A DNA stretch of 64,000 bases from Mobula hypostoma (Eukaryota): contig NC_086109.1 of the NCBI RefSeq assembly GCF_963921235.1, positions 35,156,001 through 35,220,000 on the forward strand, read 5' to 3'. The position numbers and the translations under genes were made by a program. The notes under the pieces were generated by a model, which worked only from the letters and a program-made list of their open reading frames with translations, made no database searches and was not told the DNA's origin. Of this stretch, positions 37,120-50,343 are shown one piece after another (the first letter of the stretch is position 1; every line of letters begins with the position of its first letter).

Positions 37120-38400
37120 TCAAAATGCTGGAGGAACTCAGCAGGCCAGGCAGCATCTATGGAAATGAATAAACAGGGGAATTTCTGACCGAGACCCTTC
37201 AACAGTCCCCCAACTGTTTACTCTGTTCCATAGATGCTGCCTAGCCTGTTTAGCTCCTCCAGAATTTTGTGTGTATTACTTTGATTTTCTTTTGCTTTTG
37301 AGGACATTGTTCGCATATCTCCTGATCTTATTTATACCAGACTTGTTAGAGTAGAGCATTGTTTGAGAGTAGGTATAAGTCAGTATAATTAATGGGGTGT
37401 ATGGAAAGAACTGAGGCTGCAACACTATATTTCTTCTTTAAATGTGGAAGTATAAATGCACATGACCATCATCCATGCACATCAGGTTTAGGAACAAAAT
37501 CTAGGAAGGTGTTCATTTTTTACCCTGACTTATTGATGCCATAAAAATCCATTTTAACAGATGAAAAAAATACAGTTTCAAAGTCACTGAGGATATTTTT
37601 AAAAAAAGTTTTCAAGAAGTTCCCATGTAACATAATAAAAATGACTTTAGGTGGAGATTGTAATTAGCCAGCTGTGCCATTTTTTATTGTGTGAATAAGT
37701 CAGTTACACTGAAAAATCCGCAAACCTTTATTGCACCTAATTAAATATCTGATGCAAATAGGGAAAAAGGTTCAAAGTCATCTTGCTTGTCTCACTTGTC
37801 AGGAGTACAGAACATACTTCACACAAATATGGTGTTTTTTTTCAGCTAGTTGCTTCTTGATTCCCCTGACAAATATTTGCAGATTTCTTGGGCATCTTCA
37901 CTGTGTCCTCATTAAGGGCCTGAAATCTCGACTGTTTATTCCCTCCATAGATGCTGCCTGAATTGCTGAGTTCCTCCAGTAGTTTATGTGTGTTGCTCTT
38001 GATTTGACATGAGAGGCCATGTATAGTGTCTGATCTCTGAAACCTTTTCACAGATTTGACACTGTTTTATTTATCTCCTTTCATTTAGTTCACTCTTTGT
38101 AGAGGTGCTAAGGTACGTGGTAGTAGGTTATTTAATTAGATTAAGTAATTTATGATTTGTATGCATTACTTAGTATGAATTGTTGCTGGTTATTTTTTTT
38201 TCAAAGAAACACACATAAAATGCTGGAGGAACTCAACAGGCTAGGCATCAACCATGGAAAAGAGTACAGAGTCAATGTCTCAGCCGGAAATGTCGACTAT
38301 TTCCTCTTTTCTATAGATGCTTCCTGGCCTGCTGAGTTCCTCCATCACGTTGTGTGTGTTGCTTTGGATTTCTAACACCTGCAGATTTGTTCGTGTTTGT
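37120..38400. mobile_element. Cluster of three degraded Penelope-derived palindromes (~37120-37285, ~37860-38005, ~38205-38400)
   Basis: Repeated tgctggaggaactca / tgagttcctcca and tagatgct arms. Confidence 0.65.
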
Positions 38401-38445
38401 GGTTATCTTTTATTAGATTTGCAGTAATTTGATTGTATCATTATG

Positions 38446-39073
38446 CACTGAATGAGCTACTTTATTAGATACAGGAGTGGAATTCTGTGTGGTCTTCTGC
38501 TGCTGTAGCTCATTCACTTCAAGGTTCAACATGTCATGTGTTCAGAGATACTCTTCTATACACCACATTGTAACATGTGATTATTTGTGTTGCTGTCACC
38601 TTCCTGTTATCTTGAACCAGTCTGGCCATCATCCTCTGACTTTTCTCATTAACAAGGCATTTTTGCCCACTGAACTGGTGCTTACTGGATGTTCTTTTTG
38701 TTTTTTACACCATTCTCTATTACCTCGCGAGCAGGGGTTCCCAACCTTTTTGATGCCATGGACCAATATCCTTAAGCAAGGGGTCCGTGAGCCTCGGGCC
38801 TAAACCCCTGCTCTTGAGACTGTTGTGTCTGAAAATCCAGGAGCTCAGCGCTTTCTGACATTCTCAAACGTCTGGCACCAAAAATCATTCCATCATCAAG
38901 TCACTTTGATCAAATTTCGTCCTTAATCTGATGTTTGTTCTGAGCAACGACTGAACCTTTCGACCATGTCTGCATGCTTTTATGCATTGAGTTTCTGCCA
39001 AATGATTGACTGATTAGATATTTGCATTAATGAGCAGGTGTACAGGCACATCCAATAAAGTGTTCACTGAATG
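38446..39073. mobile_element. Tc1/mariner non-autonomous element with a nested hAT MITE (38732-38810)
   Basis: TIR-like cactgaatgagctactttatt / aataaagtgttcactgaatg followed by TA. The MITE has cagggg...cccctg ends and TSD ctcgcgag/ctcttgag. Confidence 0.7.
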
Positions 39074-39139
39074 TACATAGATTTCTTTGGTCTTAATTTC
39101 ATTTTCCTAGTAGCAAACCGTCATTTCATTAAAAATTTG

Positions 39140-39840
39140 GACGCCACAGTAGTGTAGCAATTAGTATGACTATATTAGAGCTCAGAGCATCGGTGAATTC
39201 AATTCCTATGTCCTCTGAGAGGAGTTTGTACATCCTCCCTGTGGAATGCATTGGTTTTCTCCAGATGGCCCCCCAGTTCCCTCACACAGTCTAGAGGAGT
39301 GCCAGTTAGTAGATTAATTGGTCATTGTAAATTGTCCTGCGATGAGGCTAGGGTTAAATCGGTGGGTTGCTGGGTAGCTGGGTAGCACAGCTTGAAGGGC
39401 CAGAAGGGGCTGTACCATTCTGTATCTCTAATAAGGAGTTACAAATTCTGTGCCTTGAATTTGAAATAGACTAAAAACTTTGGGACTTTGTCAACAGCTT
39501 AAAATCCTGAGTCTAGAACTCCCATCTGGTAGCACTTATTTCTCACGAACAGGTTGTGGATGAGGTTATTAACTTATTTTTAATTAATTTATTTATTGAG
39601 ATACTGCATGGAATATGCCCTTCCGGCCCTTCGATCCATACCGCCTGGCAATTTTCCAATTTATCCCTAGCCTAATCATGGGACAACTTACAATGGCAGT
39701 TAACCTGCCAACCAGTATGAATTTGGACTGTGGAAGGAAACCGGAGTACCTGGAGGAAACCCACACCGCCATGGGGAGAATGTATAAATTCCTTACCGGT
39801 AGTGGCAGGAATTGAACCGAGATCACTGGTACTGTAAAGC
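39140..39840. mobile_element. Inverted pair of V-domain SINEs (plus ~39140-39430; minus ~39595-39840)
   Basis: V-domain on both strands (gtttgtacatcctccc...; ggaaaccggagtacctggaggaaaccca). Confidence 0.7.
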
Positions 39841-39854
39841 ATTTGTATTATACT

Positions 39855-40310
39855 CTGTCCTCAGATTGGACCTACCAAAATGAACCACTTCACACTCATC
39901 TGGGTTGAAATCCATCTGCCACTTCTCAGCCCAGATCTGCATCCTATCGATGTCCTGCTGTAATCTCTGACAACCCTTCAGACTATCCACAACACCCCCA
40001 AGCTTTGTGTCATCAGCAAACGTAGTAACTCACCCTTCCACATCCTCATCCAGGTCATTTATAGAAATCACAAAGTGGAGCTCCAGAACAAATCCCCGTG
40101 GAACACCACTGGTCATCAACCTCCATGCAGAATACGAACCATCTACAAACACCCTTTGCCTTCTGTGGGCAAGCCAATTCTGGTCCACAAAACAAGGTCT
40201 CCTTGGATCCCATGCCTCCTTACTTTTTGAACGAGCCTTGCATGGGGAGCCTTATCAAATGCCTTTCTGAAATCCATATACACTACATCCACTGCTCTAC
40301 CTTCATCAAT
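39855..40310 (-). mobile_element. CR1 RT fragment
   Basis: Reverse complement of the FADD / WAEKWQMDFNP region. Confidence 0.75.
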
Positions 40311-40959
40311 CTACCAGATCAGGAATTTTCTGCTAATGACAAAAATCCAGAATCTCTTTTTTTTTGCCAAGGAATCTTGAGGTTGGATGATTACAGGAAT
40401 CTTATTGCAACAGATAGCAGGCAAATTCCTTTCCCTTCATCTATAACTCTGTACACTATGATCTGAACTTCTTTGTAGGGATAAACCTATTAGTGATCCA
40501 AATGAGCCACAACTTATGGTGACTGGCTAGGTCACCATTTCCAATTGCAATAACCTTGTGGATGGGAGGTCCTACTTCTAAAGTAAACCAATAAAAGTGC
40601 AGCTTTCCCTTTGATCTCAGATTGACCACCCACCCCTCCCCCAACCACATTACCTTTCTGCCTGAGGAAACTGTTCTTGTGTTAATATCTGATATTTATA
40701 TTAAAAAATTAGATGCATAACAATTCGGTGGCATTCCAGGTGATTAAAGGCGATGTCAGAAGTGAGGTTTCAATTGTATAGAATGACACATTACCAATTT
40801 GATGCATTTTATTTAGGGAAATTAAAATTATTTTTGCCTGCCACACCTTTTCTGACAGCTGCTAAAGTAGGGGTGGAATGCTGTTTTTTATAGATCTCAA
40901 ATTATAGTCTCAATAAATCTTAAATTAAATTGCCTGGAAGTTACCGCTTAAATATTATG

Positions 40960-43955
40960 GAGTTTTTCTCTCTGATCCTGACCTCAGTTTACATACCACC
41001 CGCGGCCGACTATAATTAAGTGCTTGAGATGATGCATAATGCTGTCTCCAAACAAGAAATAATCCATCCTGCAACGTTTCAAATCATAGTCGGGGATGTC
41101 AACCAGGCTTGTTTGAAGAAAACCCTGTCCAATTACCATCAGCATATAACCTGAAGCAGCAGAGGTCCCAATACATTAGATCCCTGTTATACTAAGATAA
41201 GGAAAGCCTACCATTCCATGCCCAGTTCCCATTTCAGTAACTTGGCTTGCTTGGCTGACCTTTACCTATCTACATACAGAAAGAGGCAAAGGAGCAAAGC
41301 TCAAGAGATTAGGACAAGAAAGAGGTGGTCACAGGAGGCAGAGGAGTAGCAATGGGATTGCTTCGAGTCAGTGCACTGGACCATGTTCAACGACTCATCT
41401 TTGGATCTGAATGAATACACCATGCTTGTTACAGACTTTATGACAACAGTTGTAGGCTTGCGTGTCACTACAAAATCATTCAGAGTCTTCCCTAACCAGA
41501 AGCCCTGGATGAAGCATAAGATCCACAATCTGCTGAGAGCCAGATCAGAGGCACTCAAGTTTGCTGTAAAAGAAAGTTACAAGAGGTCCATGTATGATTT
41601 CAGGAAAGCCAAGGCAATTCCGGACTAAACTTGAATCAACAAAGGATGCTCGACAGTTGTGGCAGGGCTTGAGTAGTATATCATCTTATAAAGTTAAATA
41701 AAGTGACATAGGCAACAGCAGGGCTTTGCTTCCAGATGAGTTCAATACCCTCTGTGATTGCTTTGACCATCAAAGCATGGAAGAAACATTACAAACTTCC
41801 ACAGCCCTTGATGATCCTATGATTTTAGTCTCTGAGGCTGCTGTGTAAGCAGTCTTCAGAAGGGTGAACACACGAAAAGCATCCAACTCAGAAGAGGTAC
41901 CGGCCAAGAACTAAAGACCTGTGCTAATCAGCTTGCTGGAGGATCACTTATATTTTTAACCTCTTGCTTCAGCAGTCTGAGGTACCTATCAGCTCAAGCA
42001 GGCTTCATTTAAACTGGTGGCTAAGAAGAATGTGGTAACCTGCCTCAAAGTCTGTTGTCCAGTCACACTTACATCAACAGTGATGAAGCATTTGAGTGTT
42101 TAGTGATGAAACATATCAACTCCTGCCTGAAAAATGACTTGGATCTGCTCCAATTCGTTTACCAGCACAACAGGTCTAAATCAGATATCATCTCATTAAT
42201 TCTTCACTCAACCCTGGAAGATCTGGACAGCAAAGATACATACACCAGGATGCTCTTTATCAACTACAGCTCAGCATTCAATACCATCATCTCCTCCAAA
42301 ACTAATCAATAAGCTTCAAGACCTTGTCCTCAATACCTCCTTGTGCAATTGGATCCTGGATTTCCTCACATGTATATCCCAGTCAGTTCGGATTGACAAC
42401 AACACCTCCTCCATGATGTCCATCAGTGCAAGTGCACCACAAGGCTGTGTGCTTAGCCCTCTGCTCTATGCTGTACTCACTTTATACTTATGATTGTGAG
42501 GCTAATCACAGCTCTGATGCCATGCTTAAGTTTGCTGATTGCAACACTGTCGTAGGCCGAATCAAAGATTAGATTAGATTATGAGGACACGCAGTCCTCT
42601 TTTATTGTCATTTAGTAATACATGCATTAAGAAATGATACAATATTCCTCCGGTGTGATATCACAGAAACACAGGACAGACCAAGACTGAAAAACTAACA
42701 AAAACCACATAATTATAACATATAGTTACAACAGTGCAACAATACCATAACTTGATGAAGAACAGTCCATGGCACAGTAAAAAAGTTCAAAGTCTCTCGG
42801 AAGTCCCACATCTCACACAGACGGGAGAAGGAAGAAAACTCTCCCTGCTATGCCCGACCACAGTCCGACTCTGAGTTGTTCCAAAAACTTCGAGCTCTGA
42901 TCAGCCCTCCGACACCGAGTACCAAGCACCATCTCTATCCGAATGGTTCGACCTCAGCCTCGGTCGCCAGCAGCAGGCAAAGCCGGGGATTTTGGGGCCT
43001 TCTCTCTGGTGATTCTCAATCGCACAGTAGCAACGGCAGCAGACCAGGCATTTCAGAAATTTCTCCAGATGTTCCTCTGCTTCTCACGTCTGTCTTCATC
43101 AAATCAGAATTGTCCACGGCCCCTATTTAACAGATACGATATCATTTCACCGGAGAGCTGTGCGCGCTGCATCACACTGCCATCTTCTCTTCCTGCCGAA
43201 GATGGTGATGAATCAGCTCACAGGAGGCAGATTGAAAATCTGGCTGAGTGGCACCATAATAACAACATCTCACTCAATGTCAGTAAGACCAAAGAGCTGA
43301 TTATTGGCTTCAGGACGAGGAACTAGAGGTCCATGAGCCAGTCCTCATCAGAGGATCAGAGGTAGAGAGGGTCAGCAATTTTAAATTCCTCTGTATTATT
43401 ATTTCAGAGGCCCACTCCTGGGCCCAGCACATAAGTGCAATTATGAAGAAAGCTTGATGGTACCTTTACTTCCTTAGGAGTTTGTGAAGATTCGGCATGA
43501 CATCTAAAACATTGACTAACTTATATAGTTAATATAATATAATATGAAGTTGTGCAGTGGAGGGTATATTGACTGGCTGCATCACAGCCTGGAATGGAAA
43601 CACCTATATCCTTGAATGGAAAATCCTATAAGAAGTAGTGGATACAGCCCTGTCCATCAAGGGTAAAGCCCTCCTACCATTGAGCACATCTCCATGAAAT
43701 GCTGTCGCAGGAAGGTAGCATCCATCATCAGTGATCCCCACAGCCCAGGACATGCTCTTCTCTCGCTGCTGTCTTCTTGATACAGGAGCCTCAAGACGTA
43801 CACCACCAGGTTCAGGAACAGTCACTACCCTTCAACCTGTTATGGTTATTATTCTATGGATTTATTGAGTATACCCACAAGAAAATGAATCTCATGTGAC
43901 ATTGTATCTGGTGAAATATATGTACGTTGATAATGCATTTAATTTGAACTTTGAA
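40960..43955 (+). mobile_element. Long degraded Rex1/Babar LINE (APE to 3' tail) with a nested insertion
   Basis: [43 protein letters not shown] and LNVSKTKELII motifs; (tttgaac)n tail. Confidence 0.85.
42570..43198 (-). mobile_element. About 630-bp non-coding retroposon (SINE-like or non-autonomous LINE derivative)
   Basis: Interrupts the Rex1 RT between two aagat copies (42565-42569, 43199-43203). It has a (aatct)n tail and AATAAA at one end and a GC-rich aagatggc start at the other. Confidence 0.7.
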
Positions 43956-44226
43956 ATTATTACAAGTAGGTGGCTAATTGAACCAATATTAATGGACTGG
44001 GCAACTTTATGGAAGTTTTAAAAATCTTTCCAGTTTCTGTGGTCGAACAAAGTCAACATTTTATTGACATGGTATATCATGTTTAACCAATGACTTACAT
44101 GCTTATATTTCTAAAAGCTTCTTTGGAAAAGAGAATGTCTATTTTGTGACAGAGTTGTGAATACTGTAGCTCACTGGATACCAGTCACCATGGGAGATCA
44201 GGCACGTGTCTCTATCTGTGTCGCAC

Positions 44227-44339
44227 CGTTTCACTGTTTTTGTAGCCACAGAGCATACAGCACTTCTCGTCAATCTCTATATTCGTGGAGTATAAAATTC
44301 CGACTACTGTGCAGCTACCTATATAGTCATCCAACGCCA
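44227..44339 (-). CDS. Candidate internal coding exon of an unidentified host gene (113 bp, phase 1-0)
   Basis: Long pyrimidine tract plus tatcAG acceptor, donor ACG|GTGCGA; reading xALDDYIGSCTVVGILYSTNIEIDEKCCMLCGYKNSET. Confidence 0.4.
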
Positions 44340-46044
44340 CTGATATTGGCAGTAAAAGCAAAAAGTAGCACAGATTAAGAAATAAATTCTAAGCATCCTG
44401 ATTTACAATTTAGCTAAAGCCAAGTTGAGGTGTAATACAGTGACTATTTCACTCCTACTTTACAGGCAAAAAAAATAGTAATATGACCAAACAAAGATAA
44501 CAGGGAGACACACAATCCTCTCTGAAAATCTATTTCTGCAGCAACACTATTAACATGATAGGGAGTTTACAGATCATTACAGCTTGACCCAAAAGCTGCT
44601 TGATGAAGGTGCATTGCCTCTGGAAGCAAACAGTTCTTGCATCTTGATTTTTAATTAACACTGTTGTGAACAAAGTGAGACAGATTTCAGACATAATTGG
44701 ATCAGCAAATAGTTGATAATATTTCATAACTTGTAATTTAAGAACATGGTCTTTTAATCTTTAATTAGCATCATTTTTTGCACACCTTTGCAGGATTTTT
44801 TCTTAGCAGCTTTCAGACTGCTCCAAATTAAAAGGGGAGAAAAATTTGATTTGTTCGAAGTTACTGGAATTGAGCAATTTCAAACTGTGCAATTAGTTTT
44901 GGAGCTCATCTTGGAGAAACAGTTGGGAAAATATTTGCAACCAATTCCTGAAGCAATTAGAATAAATACATTCCCAAAAGAATGAGTGGTATGCTGAGCA
45001 TGGCAGCAATGTGGATGTGTAGCTGTTTGTGAAAACTCACCCGGTACGTGGCAGTGTCTTAATTTCCCAATTGGGTTGGAAATTGCTAGTGCAGCTCTAT
45101 CTACTAGCAGACACAGTGGGGTAGAATGCCGAATACAGAAGAATAAAAGCAAATCTTATAATCCTTGTGAACAAAATCAGGGAAGTTTCAGCAAATTTCT
45201 CGAAACAATTGATTTTTAAGGGATCGTGGGTAATACCACGAGGGAATTTGAAATGCCAACATATTTAAAGATCAAAGTTATTGTTAATAATAGTGAAAGT
45301 GGTTTAAATAATTCAGGCTCTTTTGAAGTTAGTGTAACCATAAGCAAATGCGGGAGCTGCTAACAATGCTTACATTGTGCATTTTTCACAAGCTTACCTC
45401 AAATAAACCTATTCAATTATGATTATCTTTTACTGGAGCAGTTGGTCTTTGGTTTATTAAACAGGGATTCGATCATCTCTTTGTCAGTATTTAAATAGCA
45501 GAAGCTACTATTTTTCATTGTTGTAAGATTTCCAAGGGCACTTCAGAGATGTGTATCAGGAATAAATGGAAATAAAATGAATGCAGTGATCAATGTGGAA
45601 TCTTTAAAAAAGTATGGCTGGCAGGGAATGTACTAGACGATTGGGAGAGAACTGTCTCTAATACAGTGCAGAAGGGACCTCCTGACTGCACAAAAAACAT
45701 TGTGCCTCACGTTGTTGTGGAATTGGCCCCTCTCGAACTTGCGAAACTCTTCCCTCTTCCTTGAGTTTTGTTATCACAAGTTCCCAGTAACAAAAACTGA
45801 ATTGCTAGTGCAGATCCATCTACTTAGAAGTGTATAAAACCATGAGGAATATAGACAGTATGAACCCACATAGTGTTTTTTTTCAAGGAAGGGAGCTAAG
45901 AACTGTAGGGCTTAGTTCTAATGTGAGAGATGAAATATTTTAAAGAGATCTGAAGGGCAAATTCCTCACACAGAGAGTGGATGTGTCTGTGGAATGAGCT
46001 GCTAGAGAAAGAGGTTGAGGCATGTATCATTCTAACCCTGGAAA

Positions 46045-48180
46045 CCCTGGATGAACCATGAGATCCGCAATCTGCAGAGGGCCAGATCAGAGGCATTTAA
46101 GTCTGGTCACCAAAAAAGTTATAAGAGGTCCAGCTACAATCTCTGGAAAGCCATCTCACGGGTAAAGTGGCAGTTCTGGACTAAACTTGAATCAATGAAG
46201 GATGTTCAACCGTTGTGGCAGGACTTGAATATTATCACCTCTTATAAAGTTAAATCAAGCGACATAGGCAACAACAGGGCTTCGCTTCCAGATGAGCTCA
46301 ATATCTTCAACGCTCACTTTGACTGTCAAAACATGGAGGAACCATCACAAACTTCCACAGCCCCCGATGATTGTCCGATTTCAGTCTCTGAGGCTGACGT
46401 GCAAGCATCCTTGAGGATGGTGAACCCATGAAAAGCATCTGTTGCAGACGGAGTACCTGGCCAAGTACTAAAAAAATTAGCTTATCAACTGACTTGATTG
46501 TTCACGGAGATCTTTAACTTCTCGTTTCAGCAGTCTGAGATACCCATCTGCTTCAAACAGACTTCAGTTACACTGGTCTCTCAGAAGAACATGGTAACCT
46601 GCCTCAGCATGCCATCTAAAACTTTTACAAGCTTCTATAGATGTGTAGTAAGGAGCATATTGACTGGCTGCATCACAGTCAATGTATGGACTGGCTGCAT
46701 CACAGTATGGAAACACCAATGCCCTTGAACAGAAAGTCCTACAGATAGAAGTAGATACAGCTCAGTCCATCAAGGGTAAAACCCTCCCCACCATTAAGCA
46801 CATCTATATGAAGCCTTGTCACAGGAAAGCAGCATCCATCATCGGAGGCGCCCCCACCTTCCAGAGCATGCTCTCTTCTCGTTGCTGCCACCAGGAAGAA
46901 GGGACTAAGGGCCTCAGGACTCACAACACTAGGTTATGGAACAATTATTACCCCTTGTTACATGCTCAAAGAGATCTGTTTTTTTTGTGAGAATGTTGTA
47001 ATGGTCTTTTGGAGGTCACCTGATGTGATTTTCCCGCCGATGTGAGGTCACGTGATGACATGTGCCCCGTGACTATATAAGGGTCGACCCAGGTGACGCA
47101 GTTAGTTTTTGAGTTTGTAGATTTCCAGGTAGAACGTGTTGTGCCTCCGTTTCTGTGCGTTTGTTTTTGTGACGTAGTTTCATTTTTAAAACGGAAGCTG
47201 CGGTCTCTTACAAGATATGGTATTATTAGACTGGAAATTTGTGGCTGGAAGTGCGAATTTACTCAATTCTGACATTTGAAGGGAGAGTGAAGAATTCATC
47301 GAAGGATCGAGAGAAGTCGGCGTTGTTTGGCAGTTTAATAAAGAATCAACCTTATTGAGTCTTCGTTGGAGAGAATCTGCATCAAGATAACTCTTGCAAA
47401 AGGGCAATGAGTTCATGCAAAAAGGTGCTCTCTCTCTCTAAAGGAATTTAAAGTCAGTTGATTTAAACTGTTTATTTTCGGTGTCGGGAATCCTGTGGAC
47501 AGAACCGGCAGTAACGGTATGTCTGAAGAAATCCTTCTCCAGAGAAGTCTCTCCCAATTGAATGTGTAAAACTGTTGGACTTTCGAAGTTATTGCTTTAT
47601 GAACTATATCTGACTGTATCACTTTAAGAACTGTTTTCGCATTTAACGCTTTAAAAACCAGAGCCGAGTGGAGTTGGTGAACGGCTGCGTACCTGTTAAC
47701 CCCCGGTTAAAGTTTCCCTTTGTTTTGTTTTGCTTATCGTTTATACGTGTTTAATAAATGTTTGGTTGTTTTCATAAAACCTATCTTGATTAATATTCAT
47801 TGTTCCTGGTTATGTAACACCCCTCAACCACCAGGCAGTTGAATCAAAGGGGATAACTTCACTCAACTTCACTTGCCCCATCACTGAAAAATTCCAACAA
47901 CTTATGGACTCACTTACAAGGACTCTTCATCTCATGTTCTTGATATTTATTGTTTATTTATTTATTAGTGATATTATTATTTCTTTTTTTTATCTGCACA
48001 TTTTCTTGCCTTTTGCACACTGGTGTAACGCTCATGTTGGTGTGGTCTTCCATTGATTCTATTATGGTTGATTTTCTATTATGGATTTATTGAGTATGTC
48101 CACAAGAAATTGAAAATGAATCTCGAGTTTGCATATAGCGACATATATGTTCTTTGAGAGTAAACTTACTTTGACCTTTG
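46045..48180 (+). mobile_element. Rex1/Babar element with internal RT deletion, inserted in a CR1 tail (45830-48340) and carrying a solo LTR
   Basis: ORF 46051-46431 (KPWMNHEIRNL...) jumps at ~46606 to FYRCVVRSILTGCIT; CR1 tail sequence lies on both sides. Confidence 0.8.
46956..47819 (+). mobile_element. Solo LTR (864 bp)
   Basis: Termini TGTTACA...TGTAACA; 5-bp TSD CCCCT (46951-46955, 47820-47824); TATATAA at 47074; AATAAA at 47753. Confidence 0.88.
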
Positions 48181-48711
48181 AACATTTGAAAGATTGAAAG
48201 ACATTTGGATAACTATATGGATAGGAAGGGTTTCGAGGAATATGGGACTAACAGAAAGAAATAGGTCTAGCTAGGGATTAACACCACTGTCAGCATTGCT
48301 GAGCCAAAGAGTCTGTTGCCATGCAGTATCACCTATGACCCTACTAGCAATTTCTGACTAGTATTGCCTGAAGGTTATTATCATATTTCAGCCTGTGATT
48401 CTCATCTTGTTTAGGAAGAGATTGGAGACTATGTGTGGAAATGAGACCAGAGGGTTCATGGCCACATTACTGTTCCTAGCTCAATTGAAAATCAACCCAT
48501 TGAATAAACTTGCTGACCAAGTGTGTATGGAACATTATACACGTTTGTAAGTGTTGGAACCGACTGGGATCCCTCCCACAGAAATGATAAGTAACTATTC
48601 ATAGATGGAAACAGCACCCTTACCTTTGTTGTTGGTCAAAGCTCCCAAGTTATCAAATTTCCCAGATATGAATACATGTTCAAAAACAACTAAAATTAAA
48701 ACTAAAAATAG

Positions 48712-50343
48712 AGTTATAGAACACTACAGCACAGAAACAGATCCTTTGGCTCAACTAGTCCGTGCCAAACTATTAATCTACCTAGTCCCATTGACCTCTA
48801 CCCAGACCATACCCCTCTCATCCATGTACCTATCCAAGTTTCTCTTAAGTGCTGAAATCAACCTCACATCTACCCTTTGCACCGGCAGCTCATTCCACAT
48901 TCTCACCATCCTCTCAGTGAAGAAGATTTTCTGCACATTTTCAATCTTACTTCTTACTTACTTAGGTAGGTGACCAAAACTGGACACAATGTATTCAGTA
49001 CATTGATTTATGAAGGCCAAATGCCAAAAGTTTTTTGTTATCCTCTCTGCCTGTGCCACAATTTCAAGGAATTATGGATTTGTATTCCCAGATCCTTCTA
49101 TTCTGTCACATTTCTCAGTACTGTACCACACACTGTGCAAGACCTATAGGACACTGACTGGAATTTAAGACACGTGTATCACCTCACACCTGTCTGCATT
49201 AAATGAAATTTGTCATTTTTCAGCCCATTTTTCCAGATGGTTCAGATCCTATTGCAAGTTATGACGGTCTTCCTCGCCACCCACTACACCACCAATCTTG
49301 CTGATCCAGTTTACCACATCTTCATCCCTATCATTGATACAGGTGACAAACGACAATGGAATCAGCACTGATCCCTGCGGCATATCACTAAACTCAGGCC
49401 TTCAGTCGGAGAGGAAACCACCTACAACCACTCTCTGACTTCTTCCACAAAGCCAATGTCTAATCCAATTTATTGCCTCATCTTGAATGCCAAGCAACTG
49501 AACCTTCTTGACCAACCTCGCATGCAGGATCTACTCAAATGCCTTGCTAAAGTCCATATGGATAACATCTACTGCTTGCCTTCATCTACTTTCCTGCTAA
49601 CTTTCCTCAAAAATCTTTATAGGGTCTTAACACACAAAATGCCATGTTGAATATCCCCAATCATACTCTGACTATCCAGATACTTAGCTATCCAGTCCCT
49701 TAGAATACCTTCCAATGACTTTCCCATTACTGATGTCAAGCTCAACAGCCTATAAGTTCCTGGTTTATTTTTAGAGCCTTCCTTAAAGAACAGAACAAGA
49801 TTAGCTATCTTCTAATCTTCTGAAGCCTCACCCTATGGCTAATTTTTTTTGAATATCTCTACTACAGCAATTTGCCAGGACCCTGTGGGACTTAAGTGCT
49901 AGGCTTCAAGCAAATACAGTACTATGCAAAAGTCTTAAGCACCTCAGCTGCATAAATATGCCTAAGACCGTTTGCCCTGTACCTACCTCCTCCGCTGTAA
50001 TCTGTATAGGGTCCATGACCTCACTGCTACATTGCCTCACATTATGGATTCTATCTGTTTTCTGAATAAATATAGATGTAAAAATCCATTTAGATCTCCC
50101 CCATCTCCTTTTGTCTTCACACATGGATTACCATTCTGACTTTCCAGTGGAACAATATGGTCCCTTGCTATCCTTTTGCTCTTAATATATCTGTAGAAGC
50201 CGTCTTTATGTCTTCCTGATTTCCTTCATGTGTTTTCTTGCATTTCTTATATTCCTCAAGTATCTCATTTGTTACTGCTTACCCATACCTATTCTGCACC
50301 TCCTTCTTTTTCTTAACAAGGGTCTCAATATCTCTCAGAAACC
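48712..50343 (-). mobile_element. Degraded CR1 with a tiny nested Tc1-type MITE (~49917-49984)
   Basis: Collinear with the 9705 CR1, with many deletions. The MITE ends are cagtactatgcaaaagtcttaagcac / tgcctaagaccgtttgccctgtac. Confidence 0.75.

Noticed and set aside
44794..44985. Plus-strand acceptor followed by a 63-codon open frame
   Set aside because: No partner exons or recognisable product; consistent with chance.
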